Shown piece after piece: positions 26,124 through 36,864 of a stretch of DNA of 40,287 nt. Made by a program: the position numbers and the translations under genes. This stretch comes from Dimorphilus gyrociliatus. Taxonomy: Eukaryota; Animalia; Annelida. The notes beneath the pieces are model-generated. The model made no database searches, was not told the DNA's origin, and was given only the letters and a program-made list of their open reading frames with translations. Numbering within the stretch: the stretch's first letter is position 1; every line of letters starts with the position of its first letter. The DNA lies in assembly GCA_904063045.1 (NCBI GenBank), contig CAJFCJ010000009.1, positions 1-40,287 on the forward strand. The letters are read 5' to 3'.

Positions 26124-26208
26124 AGTAATTCATCTTCCTAGAAGCTTTATTGTATATATATCAAGTCTTGTTTTTGTTGCTCTTTATCAGTATTTAAAAT
26201 AAATAACA

Positions 26209-29200
26209 ATGGATGAAGAGGATATATTCGAACAGGACCATGCTGATGAAATGGAATACCTAATGGAATTAGAAAATTGTGAGCGATAATATAATTCACA
26301 CTACTTGTATGACAAATAACTTTGTATTTTATTTAACAGCAAGTAGAAATGAATCTCAATCGAAGAGGATTCTTCAATTCGATGGAACTGAGAAAAAACA
26401 GAATGAACTTTTCAATAAATCGTTCTCGCCTAAACCATTAACTGAAATACAATCGACAGAAGATAATTGCTTGTTTATCGATACAAACACGAAACGCAAG
26501 AGAGTTTGCGAGTCATATAGCTCTGATTCTGGAGATGAAATTGTTAAAAGGATAAGAGTAGAACCGAATAAAAATGGTGTTGAAATAATTAAGGAGATGC
26601 CAGTCAAGCCACTGAATAAAAAAACTGATGTAGAACCAACGCCACCACTGGAAGATAATACTTGGTTACTTAAGAAATTCCCTGTAAAAGGAAAATATAT
26701 AAGACTAACAAAAAATAACGGAGAAAGATATTACCTGACCGTCAAAGAGGAAGGAAATGAAAACCCTCTAAAGCATAAGACTCACACAATGGATACTCTG
26801 CTTGGTATCCCAATGCATAGTTTATATCGAAAAGCCCAAGAAGAGGTAAGTAAGGGCAAAAAGATTTGTATACGTTTTAACGATACTTTGTATAAATAGA
26901 AAATTAAACGATTAGAGCTTGAAGAAACTCTTGAGGATCTTGAAATGTAAGATTGTTTATTCTGTCTATTATTTGAAAAGTACTAAAAATTGAATTTATC
27001 ATAACTTTTCCAGGGAATCAGCTCAAGATTTTCAGCCGGATGAGAATAAATTATGGGCTCAGAAATATTCGGCAAGATCCTATTTTGATCTAATATCTAG
27101 CGAGGTAGTTGAAAAGAAATATATTCAAAAATAGCTATCATATTCGAGTTTCTTTTTCATTAGCCAATAAATAGAAGAATACTACATTGGCTCAAATTAT
27201 GGGATCATGTTGTATTTAATAAACCAGTTCTACCAAAACCTAACTTTCCTAATTCGAATATGAAAAATTCAAAGATGTCAATCAACAACAACAATGGAAA
27301 AAAATTCCAATCAAAGGCTGAAAATGAATTAAATGAAAAAACTTTAGATTCTCATAATAGACCTTTTTATAAAGCTGTTTTACTGTGTGGAAATCCTGGT
27401 TTAGGTAAAACAACATTGGCTCACGTACTTGCCCGACACGCTGGTTATGATGTCGTTGAAATTAATGCAAGGTTTGTTTATTTAATATTTACATTTTAAA
27501 AATAATTACAGTTTCTTTGATCAGTGACGATCGAACAACAGAAGTATTTAAAAGGAGACTAGAAACTGCAACTCAAATGAAATCCGTTCTAGGATCAAAC
27601 GGTCGACCAAATTGCTTAGTCATTGATGAAATCGATGGAGCACCTCAAGCAACTATTAATATCTTATTAAACGTCATAAAAGCAGCTGATAAAGACCCAA
27701 CTAAAAAGTCTAAAAAGGGAATCCTTAGGCGTCCTATAATCTGTATATGTAACGATCTGTTAGTTAAACTTTTCATTGCTATTATAAATCAACAAAAATT
27801 GTGATTTATTTAATAATCTGCTATGCTCTTTTCTAGGTATACACCAGCATTAAGACAGCTACGTCAAGTTTCCTTTATTGTTAATTTTCCACCTATTCTA
27901 TCTGAAAAATTGTCCAATAGACTAATGGAGGTAATAAGCTTTTCTCTAAGTGGAATATATCCCCTTTTAATGGAAGAAATAACTATTTACAGATTTTAAA
28001 AATCGAACGAATCGACTCAGACGTTAGTACAATGATGTTATTAGGAGAGAAAACCGATAATGACATTAGGGCTTGTTTAAATACTCTACAGGTTATAATA
28101 GTATAAGAACATTTCTGTTTTTTATTTTCTCATTTTAAATTAATAGTTTATGAAATCACGAGGAAGAACCGGTATCTATATTCATCAAATACGAGACGAA
28201 AATATCGGTATTAAAGATACCCAGAAAAGTCTATTTGGTCTTTGGAATTATATCTTCAAAATACCAGCAAACAAGCAGTAAGTAATTTTACAATGTAATA
28301 TTAGAATTATTCATTATATCATTATATTATCTATTATTTTTCAATTACAAAATTTCAATTATTCAGGAAGAGATATATTAATCCTCATGAAAGGAAGACC
28401 ACTGACATTATTACGCTTAAAGAAGCTGTATCTAATAATGCTAGTCATCCATCTGTAAGATTTTCGAATACACTAAAACAATCATGGGCAACTGGAGAAT
28501 ATGATAAAGTTTGTCAAGGCCTATTTGAAAATTACCTTCATCATAGAGTTAAGGACCACGATATGAACTTAGTTTGTATTCATTATATTAATTGATATGG
28601 TCATTAATTTCAATTTATTTTCATTATTACTTTTATTCAATAGGTAAATAAAGCTGTTGATTGGTTAGCCTTTTCTGATGTACTTGGCAAGCAAGTACAG
28701 CAAACTCAACGATATACTTTAGAAGCATATCAACCGTTCGTTCCAGTTGCCTTTCATATGCTCTTAGCTAGTATTCATTCAATAAGAATAACATATCCGC
28801 ATTCTCAGTATGAGGCAAGTTTATAAATAAGCTGATTTTAATTTATTAATTTTCTAAATTGAATTAATTATAGGCGTTTACAAAAAAATCTAAACATGAC
28901 AGTTTAGTTCAGTCGTTTATAACATCTATTACACCATCCCTAAGGCACTTTTTAGATGAAATAACCACAAATTGTGAACTTATTCCATTGCTACTTCATA
29001 TTCTAGAACCAAACCTTAGGCCGGTAATAAAATTTTATACATTAATATACATTCCTACAATATTCTAGTGTTTTAGGTAAATGCCGAATTATATAGCGCT
29101 AAAGAGAGAAGTGAGCTATTGAGAGTGATCCATTTAATGATCTCCTATGGACTTGAATACGAGCAGAAGAAAACCGATGACGGCCACTATAATTATCTTA

Positions 29201-29979
29201 TAGAACCGTAAGATAAATATAAATAGTATATTAATTATGAACAATCAAATTTTAATCTTCTATAGGAACTTGGTCGAAATAGCATCATTCCCAGGTTGCA
29301 ATTTCCAGAGCAAATTATCATATTCAATAAAACAATTTATTTCCCGAGAGGTATCTAATTCTTTATTAAATATTAATATAAGTAATCGTTAAGAAACGAT
29401 TTCCTTATCTGCCAACTAAAGATAACATTAGAAAAATTAAGATTAAGAGAAACGAACGAGGAGAAAACTTGTCAAAGAACTACAACGATTACAAAGTTTG
29501 TTTGATTTAAATTAAGAAAAATATATATTTATACAAAATCTATCTGTTATCTATGTATATAGAAAATTCAATGCTCTACCTCAACCACAAGAGAATAAGA
29601 CTAAAGATCAACAACAACTTGAACCTAATTTTAAAAGACAAAAATTACAACCTAAAAGTATTGTTGAAAAACACGAAAAGGTTTTCCAAATCATTGTTTA
29701 CTTATATAAATATATATGTATTTATATACATTTTTTTAAAGGCTCCAACTGACTTTTTTGGTCGCAAAATAGAAAGATCTAAAAACCTAAAAAGCCCAAA
29801 AGGTAATAATTTAATTAATATTTGTATAGAGTATATAAAAAAACAACGATATGATTTAATCTTAAATAATTGTTACAGAATCGGGTAATACAATCCTATT
29901 GAAAGAGGTATGGTTTCAATTTAAAGAAGGCTATTCAAATGCAGTTAGGAGAACGGTGAAAATTTCAGATTTACTATAA
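26209..29979 (+). CDS. CHTF18: Chromosome transmission fidelity protein 18 (alternative RFC clamp loader, AAA+)
   Basis: Acidic N-terminus MDEEDIFEQDHADEMEYLMELE, LHWLKLWD, Walker A GNPGLGKTT, EINASDDR, Walker B LVIDEIDG, RRPIICICNDLY, and the DCC1/CTF8-binding C-terminus VWFQFKEGYSNAVRRTVKISDLL*. Multi-exon, with one GC-AG intron. Confidence 0.95.
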
Positions 29980-30207
29980 AAAAGAAAGAGAAAAGCTTAA
30001 AATGCTACTTTTTTTCTTTTGCCATTTTCGTTTGAATAATCTTTATATATTTTAATATTTTCAAATTTTTATTCAATCATTTAAAGCTTTTTAGGCTGTT
30101 TTATGCTGTACTAAAATATCTATCTAATCAGAAATAAACAGTAATACTGTAAGAGTAATACGACTTTTAATATGAAAACGTCCATGTTTTCAGAACAGGT
30201 TGATTTT

Positions 30208-30879
30208 CTACCATTGCATGACGTAATCAGTTGACTAGGGAGCAGTAGAGTGTGAGAAATGAAAAATTGAAGCTTTATTAGTGTATATATATATATATAG
30301 ATGCCACTTGAATTATGAAAGAAAAGAAATATAGTAATACCGTATATCTTCTCGGTAGTTTTGCAGAATACTCAACGTAGCCAGACCTTTGTCTATTTTG
30401 ACTGTTTTGAACATAATCTTATTAAACTGTATAAAGTTATTTAACCCTCCTTAAGGGCAGATTGTAAAACACTTTACTTGTCAACAAAGACAGGATCAAC
30501 CATAGCTTTACGTACTAACTGCTTCGTTTGTGAAAAACACTCTCCCCTTTCCAATCTGTTTAAATATTCCATTTCTCTTCTGTGCTGTACGGCTTTTTCA
30601 GCTCTTGCAACATCATATAGCTTTTTAGGAAAAGGAAAGAATATAGAATATAATTAAGATACGAGCTTTTTTAAGTAATAAACTTTATTGTTAACAAATT
30701 GATTAATTAGCTATTTTATAGTTATTGTTCAATCGATTCGTGTGTTGGAAGATAATAAATTCTATTCAAAAGAATTCAATACGTACGTTCTGTTGTTGTG
30801 TTGAATAACAATGTTTCATTGTAACTCGCTCCTTTCGGCGAGCTTCTAAATGTTCGGCGTTACTCGAAAATCCACTCAT
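30208..30879 (-). CDS. Hidden 4-exon small protein, 104 aa, unknown function
   Basis: Exons 30879-30787, 30620-30478, 30392-30341 and 30234-30208 (315 nt) join in frame through GT-AG introns of 166, 85 and 106 nt. An in-frame stop lies upstream of the ATG, and AATAAA lies downstream at 30073-30068. Confidence 0.7.
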
Positions 30880-31232
30880 ATCAAATAATTCTGTGACGTC
30901 TCAAGTTCGTTTCCAATGTAAACGAATACGGCAACGGCCTTGACCTTCGATAGCGAAGGGAGGATGTAGGCCTACAGACGCAATATACCTTTAAGGAGTT
31001 TGAGAAGAAATCGACAGACTAATGAGAAACGATCGATAAAGATTGATTGAAGATAACCCCTTCTCTAATAAACTATATAAAAATTAGTTTGTGGCGCCAC
31101 GAATGCTGTATATAATGTCAAGGTGAGAGGAAGCTTCTAAGCGCGTATACGACGTACGTCAGCCCGTCACGCCCAAACCTTACACGGTAAAGGCTGAAAA
31201 AGGAAGAAATATGAGAAATTTCTTATAAAGCA

Positions 31233-34200
31233 ATGGCCGCGTTTCAATACGCGGAAGAGAGTAAATGTTTATATTTCCAACGTTAAAATAACTACAACTA
31301 CAACCATTGGTCGGAATAATCAATTTTGAACAGCCGACATGTACACACTGAAGAGTTCGATTATCGATTTTTCATCTCTGACTGATCCATATGAAAAATT
31401 CGAGATAATAGAACGTCTTGGAGAAGGAACTTACGGAGAATGTCACGTAGTCAAAGATAAGACTCAAAATAATCTATTAGCTGTTAAAATTCAAGAGAAT
31501 GTTTACGAACATTTGGAAGAAATTGAAGAGGAGTACCGAATTCTGAAAGAATTTTCGGAGGATGAAAATTTCCCCAAGTTCTATGGTATCTTCTCGAGAG
31601 ATGAGCATAAAGAAATCTGGTTCGCTTTGGAATTATGTTCGGGAGGATCAATTACAGATATAGTCAAAAGGAATTTGGAGAGTGGGCAACGACTTTCCGA
31701 ACATATCCTCTCCTACATTCTAAGGGAAACTATTGTTGCCCTAAAAAAGCTGCATTCGGCCAATATTATTCATCGGGATGTAAAGGGGCACAATATCCTA
31801 CTTACTGCAGAAGGGCGTGTAAAGCTCATCGATTTCGGTACGACACGTTTTTCTTATTTTAGTTCTTTTTTTTTAATGAATAACAATGTTTACATTGTTG
31901 TCTTTTATTATTATTATTAGGCATATCAAAGCACTTGGCCACAGCCAATGAGAAGAGACGAACATCGGTCGGTACACCCTTTTGGATGGCTCCTGAGGTC
32001 ATTGCTTGCGAAACACAATTGGATTCGTGTTATGATATTAGAGCTGATACATGGTCATTAGGTATTACAGCTATTGAATTGATGGATGGTAAACCTCCCT
32101 TAACCAAGATTGGTCCTTCAAAAGCATTATTTCACATTCCCCGTAGTCCACCGCCCACGCTGCTCCATTCTAATTTATCATCACCGAAATTGAATGACTT
32201 TATTAGTCAATGCCTAATAAAAGATATGGAAAAGCGTCCTTTCGTTAGTGAACTTATTTCGCATCCGTTCATCACTTCGTACGATTCCAACTGCGTCGAA
32301 GATCTTATCGACCTTATAGAAAAGACGGGAAGAATCCTTCATAAGGCTCACCCAACAACTAAAAGAGGCAAACTCAGGGAAGGAAAAAAACCGAAATATT
32401 CCAAAATGAACGACGACTTAGCGGCAATGGAACATCTAAGCGAAGAAATCATAACAAATGTTCTTCACGATCGTTTTCTCAATAAGGTAATCTATACAAA
32501 TATTGGCGATATACTTATTACCGTTAATCCATTTGAAACGCTCGATATATACGATCATAAAACGTCGTCGATTTATGAAAGTTTAAACGACCAAGCGCCT
32601 CCACATATCTATTCTATTGCTCTTAGAGCATACTCGGCAATGTGCCGATCAAATGAAAATCAATCTGTTATTATATCGGGTGAATCTGGTTCCGGTAAAA
32701 CGGAGAATACAAAATTCCTTCTGCAACATTTAACGCATTTAGGAAAAGCTCCTGATAAGCGTCTCCAACATAAAATTCTGCAATTGAACCCTCTACTGGA
32801 AGCGTTTGGAAATGCTCATACAGTTTTGAATAGTAATTCTAGTCGATTCGGCAAATATCTAGAATTATTCTTTACCGCTCCCGAGGGTAAATTCATCGGA
32901 GCCAGACTATCCGAGTATCTCTTGGAGAAATCTCGAGTTGTTTTTCAACCGAAAATGGAAAGGAATTTTCATATTTTTTATCATTTATTCGATTGCCTTC
33001 CGAATTTAATCGATGGGAAATGTAAATTTTCTTATTTGAATAATAGTCATAAAAGATCGGATATTGGAGAAAAGTTAGACATAGGTCTATGCCTACAAAC
33101 TATAGGCTTTAATGAGATAGAAACAAAGGAAGTATTTAAAATATTGGCAGCTATTCTTCATATTGGTAATGTTAAATTTGAATCAGTCGATAAACAACAT
33201 AATCAGGGATGCTCTGTCTCAAATTCCGATGTTGTTGAAACAATAGAATCTCTTATTGGAATAAATACATTATCAAATTTACTTACACAATCGACCGTTG
33301 TTGCCTGTGGTGAATCAATAATAAGATGGCACGGAGTTCAAGAGGCAAGCGACGTTCGTGATGCTCTCTCTAAAGCAATATACGGACGTTTGTTTTCATG
33401 GATTATTCGCCAATGTAATTCATTATTAAAGCCGGATGACGAGTTGGTTAATGCAAGCACAATAGGCCTATTAGATATATTTGGTTTCGAAAAAATGGAT
33501 GTAAATGGATTAGAGCAACTGTATATTAACATAGCTAATGAACAGTTGCATTATTTCTTTATTCAACATATTTTCGCTTGGGAGAAGATGCAATATGAAA
33601 GTGAAGGTATTGAACCAACCTCGGTCAGTTTTACTGATAATAGGCCAATATTAGATATGCTCTTATCCAGACCAGTAGGCCTACTGGCCCTATTAGACGA
33701 AGAAAGTAGATTTCCAAATGCGACCGATTTGTCGTTAGTTAGAAAATGGAATACAAATATTAAAAGCCCGTATTATGTATCACACAAAACCAATTCTCTT
33801 ATGTTCAACATAAAGCATTATGCGGGTAACGTCGATTATAACGTCCATGAATTCCTGGCAAAGAATAGAGATTATATTCCAGCCGATATCATAATCGCTC
33901 TGACATGTTCAACCCTGCACTTGGTACGTGTTCTATTTAAATCGTCCTTGACCAAAACAGGAGCAATTGACGTGAATCCTAATACGCCTAGTTCAACTTC
34001 TAGTCAGTTATCATCACCAAGTACCGGATCTCAAACTAGGACACAACAGACCGCCACCACCTACTTTAGATTTAGTCTTATGGAACTTTTGTCAAAAATG
34101 GTAACCGGTAACGCTCATTTTGTGAGATGTATTAGACCAAACCCTGATGCCTGTCCAAAAATATGGCATCAACAATTGGTCCTTAACCAATTACGCTATA

Positions 34201-36599
34201 CTGGAGCCTTAGAAACGGCTCATATTCGCCACGATGGATATTCGCACAGAATGTATTTCAATCAGCTCTTTCATAATTATAGAATTTTATTCTGGGTATT
34301 CCCAGAGAAAAATTCATCTACTTGCCATAGATTCTTATCCGAATTCGATTCATCTTTGTGGGCAATTGGCAAGACAAAAGTCTTTCTTAAATATTCGTTG
34401 GCCCTTGAATTAGAAAAAAGATGCGAATTGGAATTAAAGAGGTTGTTACTTGTTCAAGCTCAAGTTAGACGTTGGCTTTGTCTTATTAAATTTAGAAAGC
34501 AGATATATATGATAAGACGCGTTCAAAAATATGCAAGAACTTGGCTAATTAGGAGACTAAATGCAGTCGTCCTTTTACAACGACGCATTCGTATTTTTAT
34601 ACAAAAGAGGCGTCTTTTAAAAGCAAAACTTAAACGATTCGATTCTGCAGTTAAGCTTCAAAGAATTGTTCGATTGTTTTTGTTTAGAAGACGTCAATTG
34701 AGATCTGCAATTATACTGCAAAAGTATTATAGAAGATTTAAAGCAATTAAGCAGTACGAGGAGAGAAAGGTTGAGAATGGAATTTTATCTAAACCCATAA
34801 CAAACATGAAATTTGATTTCATTCCTCCACCACCATCATTCGATCCACCACCTCCTCCGCCGATTGAAGCTGTTCTGGATTATTTGGAATCTCCCGATCA
34901 TTCTGGAGGTGATGGCGATGATTTCTATCGTGCCATAATGGCTACGAAAGTAGCTGCTAAAATACTAGCTCAGTAAGACAAACCGTTTTATCAAATTTTC
35001 ATTTCTTTAGTATCAAAAAGCTAAACAAACATCCCACACGTTTTCTCTTACTTTCGACCCTTATTTTATTTGTTTTATCAAAATTCCTTTATCCTATTAA
35101 GTTTTCCCTATCCTTTAGCAAACCGCAAAATGATAATTATAGTACCCTTCCCGGACTCGGCAAAAAATACCCGGAATGGGATGCTCCTCTTCAAGATGCA
35201 ATGCTAAAGAATAAACAATCGGGCGATTTCTCTCCGTGAGTTTGTTTCTTAGTTTCTTTTTAGAAAAAAAGGGAACCAAAGTAAAATAAAGCATAAATAT
35301 ATATATTCTATCCTTTTCAATAATCTCTTTGCTTATCATTATCTTCTTCTTCTTCTTCTTCTTCTTCTTCTTCTTTTTATTTGCACGATTAATCTTAAAG
35401 TAAGGGGGTTTTCTTAGACTGGCTAACTCGGATGTTTGCTCTCGGTCCGATTACGAAACGGTTTCTGATTATCTTCTGGTGGAGAGGTTTGTAAGAGAAT
35501 GATAACGAGGCTGCTAGGATTGTTCTTTATAGCTTTAACTTGTCGTTTGTTCTTGGTTTTTTTTTTCAAAAACAAGCACGCATGACCAAAAGAAAAAAAA
35601 CACAGGCGAACATTTATTTCAGTTTTTTTATCGTCGTCTTTTCGTTTGTTGTTACAAAAAAAAAGAAAGAAAAAACAGAAAATCTTCTATTTTTTATTTT
35701 ATATTTTTGCCAATTTCTCCCAATTTATTTTATATTTTTTTTTATTATTTCGTTATATTTTTTTTTTAAAAAAAAAAGAAGTAACATTTTTGGATGAAAA
35801 TTATTTCTTTTTTTTTTAGCTTTTCAAGTTGTTTTTTTTTTTTATTGATTAAAAAAATGTAAAAAAAAAATAACAAAACAACAAACAAACAAACAAAAAA
35901 TAGAAAAATTTTTATCAGGCAAACGCCTTCAAACTCAAGTGCATCGGCATCAATGAGTAGTTCCCCCTACACTGTCCTTCGGAATCCTCATTATGAGAAT
36001 GTGCCATCTCCACCCCCGTCTTCACCCAGCCTCAAAACTACCGCAAATTGGTCTGAGCTTTTAAAAAATGTCCCTAAAAATACCGGAAATAGATACATGA
36101 GTCGCTTCTACCCTCCCACTCCTCCCTTGGTTAAACATGTTTCTTTTTCTCATTTCGACGCTATTTATAGGCCTACCAGATATCCAGCCGAGGGCAGCAC
36201 GTAAGATATTTAAAAAAACAACTGTTCTGAATTATTTTTAATGACAAAGACCTTGAAATATTAATGCTTTTTTTTATTTACTATGTAAATATTAGCTGAC
36301 CGTACTCATTACCTTATCTGGTTTTCAGTGATGACGGAGAAAGTGCAACGCAACATAGAGAAGATATGAAATCAGAACCTAAAATGAAACTCCAACCTCA
36401 TCTTCCTCCTCCTCCTCCCCTACCTCCTCCACCTACCGCGATGAATAGGGGAGCAGCAGTGGACGTTAGCGATCCTGCACCGTTGATCGAAATGAGATCA
36501 AAATTAAAGAAAATAAAAAGGGAGGGAACCCTAAGAAAACCCTTAAAGACAACTGGTGAACAAATAGACTTTAGAAGTGTTCTCAAAAAGAAAGCTTGA
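31233..36599 (+). CDS. MYO3: Class III myosin (N-terminal STE20-like kinase, motor, ~5 IQ-like motifs, Pro-rich tail ending in DFRxxL); long form ~1440 aa
   Basis: Kinase GEGTYG, HRDVKGHN, DFG, GTPFWMAPE. Motor GESGSGKT, NSNSSRFGK, DIFGFE, FVRCIRPN. Exons 31233-31260 (tentative; ATG 31339 is the alternative), 31334-31837, 31921-34972, 35119-35235, 35418-35486, 35919-36200 and 36329-36599 join in frame (4323 nt). Confidence 0.9.
35343..35374. repeat. (CTT)n microsatellite in a myosin III tail intron
   Basis: About 10 tandem CTT units read directly. Confidence 0.9.
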
Positions 36600-36864
36600 T
36601 TGTTCATTAACTTCTTTTTTTTTATTATTATTATTGTTCTACTGTCTATGACGTTGTCTCCTGTGATAAGCATGCGGGTTGTACATCTTAAAAGTGCATT
36701 AAAGTCTGTTTAAGAAAAACATCTAATCAATTCAGTTATATTTTTTTGATTGCAAAAAAATTTTCCACTCTGATGGATAAGATAATGGAGATAAGACAGT
36801 TATATTATAAGCTCAGTCGCGAATTACTGAGTTCACTCTCTTGCGTTGTAGTAATTCACTAGAG

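Noticed and set aside
30700-30762. Extra exon within intron 1 of the hidden micro-gene
   Set aside because: It would need a 21-25 nt upstream intron, and the candidate frames contain stops.
31635-33532. ORFs 31635-31862(+) and 33338-33532(-)
   Set aside because: Alternative-frame or antisense shadows of the myosin III coding sequence.
35210-35215. AATAAA as poly(A) signal for a short myosin isoform
   Set aside because: It lies inside the 117-nt coding exon (AAG AAT AAA), and AATAAA is common in this AT-rich DNA.
35540-35797. 85-aa plus-strand ORF in the myosin tail intron
   Set aside because: A poly-T/poly-A low-complexity artefact (Phe/Lys runs).
36294-36300. Alternative acceptor attag|ctgac giving an immediate TGA
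   Set aside because: The following CTGAC looks like the branch point for the in-frame acceptor at 36328, so the upstream AG is unlikely to be used.
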